DNA of 64,000 bases from Mytilus edulis (lineage: Eukaryota), in assembly GCF_963676685.1 (NCBI RefSeq), contig NC_092351.1, forward strand, positions 55,986,001-56,050,000, in the 5' to 3' direction. Below, in pieces: positions 11,501 to 22,692 of the stretch. How positions within the stretch are numbered: position 1 is the stretch's first letter; every line of letters begins with the position of its first letter. The position numbers and the translations under genes were made by a program. The notes beneath the pieces were generated by a model. It searched no databases, was not told where the DNA came from, and saw only the letters and a list, made by a program, of their open reading frames with translations.

Positions 11501-11664
11501 AATAGTGTTGTAGTATTAGGTATACCATCAGGTACATCTTCTAAATCTCGTGATTTGCATATCACTTCTGTGCCTTGGCAATCACAGGAAAAGTCTGAAC
11601 ACGGATTGGCACAAGCTGTTTGCAATGAGCCAATTATTAGAATAATCGTTACGGTTAACATCAT
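11501..11664 (-). CDS. First coding exon of an extracellular LRR protein (signal peptide + LRRNT cap)
   Basis: ATG at 11664. Translates MMLTVTIILIIGSLQTACANPCSDFSCDCQGTEVICKSRDLEDVPDGIPNTTTL: hydrophobic leader, then a C-x4-C-x-C-x6-C..L..VP..IP..T..L LRRNT pattern. Ends in phase 2 at a GTAAGT donor (plus-strand acttac 11495-11500). Confidence 0.9.
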
Positions 11665-11992
11665 TCTAAAACTCGTCTCTTTTGTCCTTTTAAAAATAAA
11701 CAATAAAAGAATCAAATGAAATAAATGCAAAACGTGAACTTCCTGCAGCCATATCTGTAAATATTCACAAAACTATCGGCTTCCTTGTTAAACATAGTCA
11801 TCTTTGACATAGATAGATAAGTATATAAGAAATTTACAGCAACCAAACCTTTCTTTAATATCAAAAGTTAGTTATACATAAAAACACTGGTCTATCATCA
11901 CTATTTTTATCATTTTTTTGTCCATACGTACCAGTTTAAAATCATAAAATTTCCCTTCGACTATTTATGTTTTGAAAACAATTTTATAAATG

Positions 11993-12680
11993 TAAGAAGA
12001 TGTGGTATGATTGCCAATGAGACAACTCTCCACCAGAGGCCAAATGACATAGAAGTTAAAAAAATGAGTTACTCTACGCCCTACAAGAATAAGCAAATCA
12101 AATGCCTTATAGTAAGATATAGAAGGGCTTGAACTGTAAATGTATTTTTGTATTGTTTTCAATAACGATATCGCTATTTTTCAATGCATTTTGTTCTTTA
12201 TCACAGATTAACAGTCAATGTATCATTTATCACCAGAATAACTTTTTCTCTGAAGTACAAAAATGTTATAACAGTCCAAACATTCTTCAAAAGAAAGTTA
12301 AATATAAAACAAATAAAAAGGTTCTGTATGATTTCCAATGACACAACCCTCGTCAGTGACCAAATGAAAAAGGTTAAGAATGATAAGCCGTCTTATGACA
12401 TTCAACAATGTTCAAAACCCATACGCATAGTAAGCTATTATGAATCAAGAAATGTCGAATGTTGAATGTAAAACAAATCAAAAGAGAAAACTAGTGTCCT
12501 GATTTATGTACAAAACCATTAACAAAAACCAATATGATACACATCAACAAAAGACAACAACTGAATGACAGGCTTCTGACTTGGCATAGGGAAATACAGA
12601 ATATTGCGGGTTGGACTTGTTTGCTGGTAAAACAAAAACTCCTCCTATCCTGGGACCGTGTAACAGTACAGCATAAGAGC
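11993..12680. mobile_element. Copies of an abundant non-autonomous interspersed repeat (aagatgtggtatgattgccaatgagacaactctcc... family)
   Basis: The same family occurs at 13200-13420, 29085-29335, 39740-39960 and 61150-61360, and in reverse at 20665-20985, 32095-32297, 36805-36862, 56940-57535 and 63840-64000. Confidence 0.8.
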
Positions 12681-13924
12681 ACATACATTGCCAACTGAAA
12701 ACAACAACTACTGCTGTTAAATTTACTACAGCATCATTTTATGTTTCGGATCTATTAGACGCAGTAAATTTTTTTATTTAAATTGGCGTGATTAATGGCA
12801 GAAGGTCATACCAGTACTCGAATACCAGTTCCAATTATACTGGTTCTTTTGTATATGATAGTCTATCTCTGGGATTAAGACATTTCTATCATTTCTTATG
12901 TTTGCCAATTGAAAAAATACCTAGAAAACAAAAGTAAATGACGAACTGTAATCAAGGGCATTACAAATGATAGGAATTATTTAACTGTTTGATAAATATT
13001 AAATGTTATGTTAATCTAGAATTGATTTCTCGGCAAGTGTAATGTTAAGACTTAACGCCTGACTTCCTATTTAGGCATTTCATTTCTGGGTTATGAATTT
13101 CTAATAATTCGGGAAATTTAAATGCTCTCTCGACAATAAATGACACAACAGAACGATGATATGGCAGAAATTGTATACTTTTCTTAATTGTGAGTATATA
13201 AATATAATGAGATGTTGTATGATTACTAATGAGTCAACTATCAACCAAAGTCGAAGTGAAGAAGATGTAATCAGTTACAGGCAACCAGACGGACTTCAAC
13301 AAAGAAAAAAAGTCAATACTTTATAGTCGGAAATAAAAGGCAGCGAAATGAAAAATATGAAACAATTCAATATTGAAAACTAAAGGCTTCATTTTGAACA
13401 AAACAATTCATAAAGATCATATATAATTGTTCAGTGAGGGATTATCTTTTGTTTATTTACAGTCCAAATCTATAAGTTATACTGAGTTTAGCTATATTTT
13501 ATGCCACACTGCCAAAACCAATGCCCCTCCTTACTTCACATACAGTACGTGCAACCTTATGCGCTACTGCTTGACGTAAACTTGACTGATCGGTGAACGA
13601 TCGGTGACGGATGTTTGACTGATCGATTAATATCGGTGATCGATGACCCATAGAATCCGTCAGATACGTCAAATAAGCTATATGAGAGTTACCGTGATAA
13701 TGGTCAGCGATCGATCAGTAAATTAAGTTTATCCACGGATCGGACGAATACGTATATAATTAATTCTTATGTAAAACGAACTCCACAGTTTTTACGGTCG
13801 ATAAATGCGGACCTCTAATAAGACATCTTTACTCATTAAATATGTACCACTAAAGTTATTATTTGTGATAGGCCTCAAAAAAGTTTTTTGGTAGAAGTTA
13901 AAAAAATGAAAGGATTAAAATACT

Positions 13925-16180
13925 TAAGCTTTAGTTTGTGTTAAATAAAAATGCAATAATTTCATTATTTTGAAAGTTAATTTCAGTATTTTGTACACCG
14001 GGATTAGTTGTTTTTCATAAAATATTCTGAATTTCAGGGAAAAGATACTAAATTTTTGTTCGTGTTGCGTAAAAATGCAAATATTTCTTCTTTCGAAACA
14101 GAAATAATGCAACATCAGTCATAACTAGTGCATTCAGATAAGTAATTTTGTATAATATATGAATTATTGAAGGATAAATATGCATAAACTTTTTTTTGTT
14201 AAATAAGAATTCAATTATTTCTTTATTTTAATGGAAATTACTGACCACCTGTGGTTTTTTGTACTTTTTATGGTTCAGTACTGGTTACTTTTTTATAAAA
14301 TAAAAATCATATCTAAAAAAAATTACTAAAATGAGGTTTGCATTGTTTAAAATTACCAATTTTACAATAATGTAACTAGTCATTATAAAGTCCTCGAATA
14401 AGGTTTGTTTTGTAAGAATTTTGATAATGGAAGGGGAACATTACTTAAACTTTTGTTTTGTACTGAATAGTAATGCAATAATTTCTTTATTTTGATAGAA
14501 AATATGAACCGTCATTTCATTTTAGTACCTTTAGTACATCTGAAATGGTTGTTTTTCATAACATATGTTAAATGTCAGGAAAACGATACTAAATTTTTGT
14601 TCGCGTTGCTTAAAAATGCAAGTATTTCTTCTTTTATATCATAAATAATGCAACGTCAACTGCAATCAGTCATTAACAATGCATTTTGATCAGTACGTTT
14701 GTTTAAAAAGAGAATAATTGAAGGACAAATATGCATAAACATTTGTTTTCATAGAAACGAATGCACTGGTTTCTTTATTTTCATTGAAATTATTTTGGTA
14801 CTTTTTTTTAGTTTAGGATTGATTGATTTCCATAAAAGTTAAAAAAAAATATCAGAGAATACATACTTAAATATTGTTCGAATTATTTAAAATTACCAAT
14901 TTTCTTCTTTTGATAACCAATAATGCAACATTATTTGTAACTAGCTATTTCAGTTTTCCAATAAGATTTTTTTTTGTAAGAATTTTGATAATGTAAGCAG
15001 TAATTACTCAAACTTTTGTTTTGTGTTGGTAAACAAACTTTAATATACGAATGCAAAAATTTCCTTATGTTGATAGAAATTATGAACCGTTATTTGATTT
15101 CGATTCTTTTTGTTCATCAGGATTGGTTGTTTTTCATAAAATATGCTGAATTTGAGGAAAAGATACTGAATTTTTGTTCGTTTGCTTAAAAATGAAAAAA
15201 ATCTTCTTTTTTTATCAGAATTAATACATCTTTTGCAATCATTTATAATTAATGCTTTTAGAGAAGTAATTTTGTATTAAATAATAATAATTGGAGGATA
15301 AATTGCATAAACTATATTTTTGTTAGATAAGAATGCAATAATTTCTTTATTATGATAGAATGTATGAACCGTCATTTGATTTCGGTTCTTTTTGTACATC
15401 AGGTTTGGTTGCTTTTTCAATAATAATGACATAAAATATGTTGAATTTGAGGGAAACAATACTAAACCTTTGGTCACATTGCTTAAAAATGCATAAATTC
15501 TTCTTTTATATCAGAAATAATGCAACATCTATTGCAATCATTTATAATTAATGCTTTTAGATAAGTAATTGTGTATTAAAAGTGAATAATTGAAGGATAA
15601 ATATGCATAAACTTTGTTTTTGTTAGATAAGAATGCAATTATTTCTTCACTTTAATTGAAATTATTGATCGCCATTGGAATTTTGTACCTTTTATAGTTT
15701 AGGATTAATTGTTTTTCTTAAACGTTAAAGAATATCAGAAAAAATATACTTAAATGTTGATCGCATTGTTTAAAATTACCAATGTTTCTTCTTTTGACGA
15801 AAAATGATGCTATTTTTAACTAGTTATTTCAAAGGCCTCAAGATAAGATTTTCTCTATAAGAACTCGAAATTATTTGATTTTGTTTTAAATAGAATGCAT
15901 CATTACTTTAATTGAGGGGAACTTTTTGGCGGCCATTTGATTTTTTAACATCATAATGGGTTGTTTACCACAAAATTAAATAAATATCAGAGGAAAGATA
16001 CAACAAGTCATTCGCAATGTTTTAACATTACCAAATAACAAATATTTCTTCTTTTGATATAAAATGTAACAACCTTTTTTGTGATTTGTTATTTCAGTAA
16101 AGGCACCAGATAAGTTTATTAAAAAGTTTAAGATAATAAGTATAACAAACTGAAAATATTGAAAATAAGACACCAAAATT
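13925..16180. repeat. Degenerate AT-rich tandem array with ~290-bp subunit and ~540-580-bp higher-order period
   Basis: The anchor atactaaatttttgttcg (or a variant) occurs at 14045, 14586, 15163 and 15459. Confidence 0.8.
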
Positions 16181-16357
16181 ACAATAAATGATCACTTCAT
16201 TTCATTATCAAGAGCATTTTCGTAAAATCACAATCGCGATAAACACCGTGACTGGGAGTGGTTCTTAACCGTCAGACTATGGTTCAATATACCATTTTCA
16301 AATTAAAGACTATTTTCAAATTATTGACTTTTAACGTTAACTCCAGGGTTTAAATGT

Positions 16358-16628
16358 TTTCGACAGGTTACTTTCTTTGTGGTAGGACATTCTGGTACTC
16401 GTTTAGTAAAAGCAACATACAAAAGTGAAATCAAGATTTCAATCTGTACAATTTTGTTGGGGGAAATTAACTTTTTTATGTATCCTATACACGACAATAT
16501 CCTCGGAAAACAATAAACTTCCCTCCAAATAATTTGCACCGATTATATATTTGATTTTACTTCTTTTGTTTGCTCTTACTTGACTGAGTACCAGGATGTC
16601 ATACCACAGCGTAGGTTACCTGTCGAAA
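16358..16628. mobile_element. MITE-like element with ~80-bp imperfect inverted arms
   Basis: tttcgacaggttac..tgtggtaggacattctggtactc is the reverse complement of gagtaccaggatgtcataccaca..ggttacctgtcgaaa. Confidence 0.7.
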
Positions 16629-19600
16629 TATTATATAGTCTGGATTCATTACTCGATAATATAAACATAATCTAAATGTAAATAAAACTGTATATTATGT
16701 TTGAAGTTCTCACTTGTACATTTGTAGGTATAAAACTTAATATAGCATAATTTAAATCTTAACTTACTTTTAGAATAATTTCAGAAACGTCTTACCTTGG
16801 CGAGATATAACTGAGTAATAATACCGTAAGCCGTGGTTTTCTTTATACAAATGTTGATATGTGCGTACGTGTCAAAACCAAGCCTATGCTGACTCAAACA
16901 ATAACATCTGCATCGTAAGAAAAAAGTTAATTTAGAAATGTAAATTAGTATATTTTCGCACATAGACAATTTATATTCAGTATAACAATGTAACACCTTG
17001 TAATTTTATAATTAAAATCAAATGTTGCATAATCGATTAATATAATATATCAAATTATTATCTTTGTCAATGAGTAAAGAAAAACAGTACAATCTATATA
17101 ATAGATATTAGTGAAAGCAACTGAGGCGATCGTTGGTCATTATGTCCATTTCAGACATATTGTTCAAATACACACATAGTTATGCTGTAGCGATACAATT
17201 TCCAAGTATAAATATTGTTTTTCTCATAGAGTTTAATCCAAAACTATGAACGATTGACAATTAAATCTTCTCGAATCAAGGTATGAATGCAAACAAATAT
17301 CCTTCGTCGCACGCAACAGCACGATACAGTTAATACAAGTTTATGATGATTCCTATATGTTCGATATTTAAGCTTTTGCCATTTAAAGATTGTTTCTTCT
17401 ACCTGTTTACATTTATTTATTTGTTTCATTATAAAACTACATTGGTATAGTTAAGATGCATAATGCAAGAGTGATAACTCTTTTTGAAATATATCTGACA
17501 GTAATGAAAAAATTAAAAGACCAGTCAATTTCGTTTTAAACACGTCTGCTTCATTAACAAATTAGAATAAGACACTATAGGAGAAAATAAAAGAAAACAA
17601 AACGATCATCACGGCCACAAAAACACGAACAAGTTAAATATATAACAATGTACAAAACACTAAACAATACACTAAAGATTGAGCAACAGTAACCTGTTTG
17701 TGAATTTTAACGGGTCACGAGGTGCTTCCCTAATATCGGCATCCGCATTGCATTGACTGATCCAAGTGGGGGAGAGTATTCCGAGGACTGAAAACTTTTT
17801 TTCTAAACTTTATTCTTTTTTTTTTTTATGTGAACGTTTCATGACTTTCTAGGGGTTGGAACCCCCTTTTTTAAATGGCTATATCCGTGCCCGTAGTGTT
17901 TCTGTTGGGAAGCATAAGTCTACACGAAGAAGACTTATAATGTGTCTCAATATTGAAATTTAATTGTACAAACCTGAGAAAAAAGGCAGAACACAATTCA
18001 TTCGGAACCATTTTGAATCAATTTTACCGTTTTTTAGCCCGGTAAAAATAAATCTTATGTTGTCAAAGAGTGTTTAAGTGTTACCTTTTTACTGCAATCT
18101 TTATAATGATCTAAAAGAAATATTTTCGGCAGATCCAAAATTTCGATTTTGAGGCGGACGACACATATATAAAACCTCAAACTTGCGCTTGAATGACGTT
18201 ATAGGTAAATCTTTACGGAAAAATAATATAAAAGTCATGTAGTCAACAATTTTACAAATTTATAAATAAGCATTATTTTGCAACATAAATTGTCAAAATT
18301 GAAAACGATATACTAGTAGTCAATATTTAATATTGTTTGTCTAAGTACACAGTCAAGTCACGATATCGTGGACATTGAATCATAATCGATAGTTATCTTA
18401 TCCATAATGTAGTACATACAAGTGGATTGAGCCATACATTGAAGTCTGATCTATTATATCAATTTCGACATACAAACCGTCCAAATCAAGCAAATTCAAA
18501 TTCAATTGATACAGATATCGATAACACCGAATTCGATTCAATATCCTTAGTATCAGTATCGTTTGAGTTAACATTATTTATTTTAATTTTTAGCCATTGC
18601 GTTGTATGTTTATTTTCAACAATTGAGTTTGAATGTCAATCTGGTTTCTGTCGCTCCCCTTTTATCTGACAAAGAAGGAACGTTTGATTATGCAATGTGC
18701 CTACATTGTACAACGTGCATATCATAGTCATCACCGTGGAAAACAAGATCAAGTAAAGCATGGCCAAGTTATAATGTTAAACAAAGTATTTTGAAACACG
18801 GAGTACTTTTTGTACTAGTCGGAGTTAAGGGATCGCAAAAAAAAAGAGGATATAGAATGGCGACTTTTTTTTCTGTTGGTAAATCGTTTAATTAATTTTT
18901 GCCGTACAAAGTGTATTTTTATCAATTTGTAACCGTGAGCTACAATGTACACCACATGCATATCTAGCACTACAGACTACATCCGTTAAAAAGGCAAGAT
19001 TACTATGAATACGTTCCATCCCCTAGCGACTCCTCATTTCTTTTACTCGTTTGTTATATGAATGGTTCGCGTCGCAAAAGGTATCATTTCTAGAGCCGCT
19101 ATATAGACAATGAGTTTTCGGGGTAAAAGGGGGGGGGGTGATGAAATGTTGTCTGTTTAAGATAATTGTATTCGTTGTATTTGGCATATTGATTATAAGT
19201 TGCAATGTACCTATGATGTTATCCTCTCTACTCTTGTGTTAATCCTTAACAATTAATAATTAGTCCCTCACTGTACAAAAACTTGTTTTTCTGGGAGTGA
19301 TGATGAACAATGTCTCTTTCTGTTGCATTATGCAACGTGATCTTCTTTGGTATTGGTCGTTCGTTGTGGCAACTATCGCGTTTCACTGACTGCAATTCCA
19401 AACGTACAATGTATTTGAATAAAAGTTCAGAAATGTAATTCATATCATATCATAATGTTTGCAAAGTAGCCATATGTATTATAACACAAAACAAAACAAA
19501 CAAAAAACAAAAAAACAATTGGCTCGATTCATTTCAACACTCTTATCAGACAAACTAGGTATTGACTTGGCAACGAAAATGGAAAAGTAATCAGTATGTT

Positions 19601-19889
19601 GTTTTTTTATACATGATACGAATCATTTAATTTAGGGACTTTTATTAACATGATAGAATTACGAATATAACGTATAATCATTGCAAAACCAACGACATAA
19701 CATTATACACAACTTTGTTTCCTAAAACATTGATTATTAAACCGAAAATTCAAAGTTTACCCCTATGTGGCAGGGTTGATGTTGGCTGAGGTTGATAATA
19801 TGTGTTATACATGTTCATGATATTATATGACTTACATCGTGCTTTATTACTCATATCACTCGAAAAACAAAGTAAAAGTTTGAATGCAT

Positions 19890-20155
19890 GATATTGTTAT
19901 ATTTATAAATTAACTGTTTACAAAATTTAGAATTTTTTGAAATAATAAGGCTTTTCTACCTCAGGCATATGTTACCTTAGCTGTATATGGCAACACTTTT
20001 AGGAATTTTGGATCTCAATGCTCTTCAACTTTGTACTTTATTTGGTTTTTTAACTTTTTTGGATTCGAGCGTCACTGATGAGTCTTTTGTAAACGAAACG
20101 CGCGTCTGGCGTTTCTACAAAATTTAGTTCTGGTATCTATGCTGAGTTTATTTAC
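19890..20155 (+). mobile_element. Hammerhead-containing non-autonomous repeat (retrozyme / Penelope-derived)
   Basis: Homologous to 39535-39700 and partly to 40870-40935. Contains an HHR core. Confidence 0.8.
20070..20111 (+). ncRNA. Type I hammerhead ribozyme (minimal, palindromic stem III)
   Basis: CGUCA-CUGAUGA-GUC(uuuugua)AAC-GAA-ACGCGCGU-C/UGGCG. Conserved core, stem I CGUCA/UGGCG, GUC cleavage triplet at 20104-20106, one mismatch in stem II. Confidence 0.85.
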
Positions 20156-20362
20156 TTTATTTTCTGCTTGTATCAGTAATCATACATGGTATTCATAAAC
20201 TGATCAATGTCTATAGAAAACGCATATCATACATTTTTACATAATTGACATAATAAGTATTAAATCTCTCATGTAACATTGCAAACTTTCATCAAGCTAG
20301 AAAAATGCATTTTTCGAATGTCTTCCATCGTTTCATTCAATATATAAACTCTTTGATAAGAG

Positions 20363-20624
20363 GGGGCCTCGGTGGCCGAGTGGTCTAAGTAGTTGCTATT
20401 GTAATCACTAGCCAGTCAATACTGAGGTTGTGAGTTCGAACCCCGCTCCTGCGGTTGCACTCGACTCTAATCTTTATTGACTAGGATTGTCAGTTTTCCT
20501 ATTGAAGGTCGGTGGTTTTCTCCGGGCACTCCGGCTTCCTCCACCAATAAAAATTGAACGCCACGAAATAGCTCAAAAGCGGTGCTTAAAAGTGGCGTTA
20601 AAACACCAAAAATCAAAAATCAAG
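20363..20624 (+). mobile_element. Full-length tRNA-derived SINE with V-domain-like core (RUDI-like)
   Basis: A box ggtggccgagtgg, B box gttcgaacc, central ggttttctccgggcactccggcttcctcc, and an (aaaaatc)n tail. 13-bp TSD tctttgataagag at 20350-20362 and 20625-20637. Confidence 0.92.
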
Positions 20625-22692
20625 TCTTTGATAAGAGCAAAACAAAATGAAATATTGACATTTTCTTAGGTTGTGCTGTTACACCAATATCCGATATTAG
20701 AGGCGACTTGAACGCTAACCATGCTTAATCCTGGTATACTTATATTATGCCTGCCCAAAGTTATGTGCATGAATGTAGCTCAGTGGCTGTCGTTGGTGTC
20801 TGCATGACAACATTTTATTTTCTCGTTTTACATTTTTTTCGAGTCAGGGTATTGTATCTCTGGCTATACGGTACGCGGGCTTGTGGTTATGTTTGAAGGG
20901 CTCCTTTTGCCTTTTAGTTGTTTATAGTTATTGCATTTGAACTCAATTGGTAGTTGTCTCTCGTGCTATCATACGACTGTCATGTATATCTTTAATGTTA
21001 CATGCATTTGTTAGCACAATTTTATATGTTATAATATAAACGGGTTAAAAGATATGCAAAACATATGCATCAGTATGTACTAAGCATATTTACTTTTCTT
21101 CACAATTTGCATATCAAACAAAGTATACTATTTGTATAAACTGTAACATGATTTTATGTCTGTAGTTCCAATGTTCTTCTACACATCATGTCATGGTATC
21201 TGGCGACCAAACACAATACCTGAATAATAATTCGATAACATCGATTTCGTCTGTACTTACTACTACTTGATATGTTTAGAGAGTAACCAACTATTTGTTA
21301 GATTGTACACTGGAATTGTGCCTGTTCGAATATTCCCCTTTTTCTTAATATCTATAATTTGGGCATCTTTTTATAATTTATGATTTTATTGTATGTTGAT
21401 CGAACTTTCATTTCATTTCGGCATGATATGCCAATTTAGTTACATGTACTAGTAATAAATAGAATTGTACATTTTCTGATTGTATACCATTGACCGTTCT
21501 AATTTCTTTTCTTAACTTGAAATTTAAATCCTACTGTAAGCCGTTTTTTTCTTTATACGAATGTTGATATGTGCGTGTGTGACAAGCTTATGCTGACTCA
21601 AACAGTAGCATCTGTATCGTACAAAAAACTTTCACTTAGAAAGGTTATTTAGTATATTTTCACACCTAGGACTATATTTTGAATAATAATGTAACAGATT
21701 GTAATTTTATAATTAAAAAAGACGTTTTAAAATCGATTATTATATCAAATGTCTATTATCTTAATATGTCATTGAGTAAAGAATAAGTGTACAACTTTTT
21801 TAACGAATTTTAGAGAAAGCAACTGAGGCGATCGTTGGTCATTATTTTCATGTTTTAAATCAAGTAGATAATAATGATGATGCAGCGATACAATTTCAAA
21901 GTATAACTATTGCTTTTCATATGGAATTTATCCAATACTAAGTATGGACGATTGCCTTTAAAATACTCCCTATTCAAGATATGAATGCAAACATAAACCT
22001 TTTATCACACAAAAAGCAATATTCAACTGAAATTAACGATATTTCATCATGTATTTTGTTTTTTCTCTGTGTTGATAGTTTGTTTTGCCATTTAAAGTTT
22101 TTGTTTCTACCTATTTCTATTTACATGTTTCAAGATACAACTACATTAAAATAGGTAAGATGCATAACGCAAGAGCGATAACTCTTCTTTTTTTTTTTTA
22201 AATATATCTGACAGTAATGGTAGAGTTACGATATTTGTAGACTTCGATTTAAATACGATTATTTCTTTAACAAATTATTGTAAGATACTATACGAGGAAT
22301 TATATTTATATAAACACCATCACGGCCACAAAAAGTAAAATGTACAACAATGTACAAAACACTACACACTTAAACTTGCGCAACAGTAACATGCCAAAAA
22401 ACGTTTGTGAATTTTAACGGGTCACTAAGTGTTTCTCAAATAGTGACATCCATTATATAATCAAGATTAAGGGAGGTGGGTGATATCCCCTTTTTCCGAT
22501 TATTATATATTTTTTATTATGTAAAGGTTACATGACTTTATATTGGTTCGAGCCCACATGTTTTAAAATGGCTTATCCGTGCCTGCAGTGTCTCTATTGG
22601 CAAGTCTATATGGACTCGTCCTGTGTCCAGCTTAAAGGTCATTTAAGTTACTGTACACATTCATGCAACTTCTGATGTAATCAATATACTTG

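Larger units (their letters stand above)
1..11666. repeat. Tandem segmental duplication: 1-4555 corresponds to ~7670-11666 (right-hand unit 4556-11666, ~7.1 kb)
   Basis: Colinear near-identity read by eye (e.g. 3200-4186 vs 10318-11296, and 620-1100 vs 8418-8900). N-run position, minisatellite and repeats are shared. Confidence 0.95.
16700..22610. repeat. Old direct duplication: ~16700-17930 vs ~21450-22610
   Basis: Colinear shared blocks, e.g. gaaagcaactgaggcgatcgttggtcattat (17113 / 21814), aatatatctgacagtaatg and tttgtgaattttaacgggtcac. Confidence 0.85.

Noticed and set aside
20363-20450. tRNA gene
   Set aside because: A and B boxes are present but there is no clean cloverleaf. The sequence continues into a SINE body and tail bounded by a 13-bp TSD.
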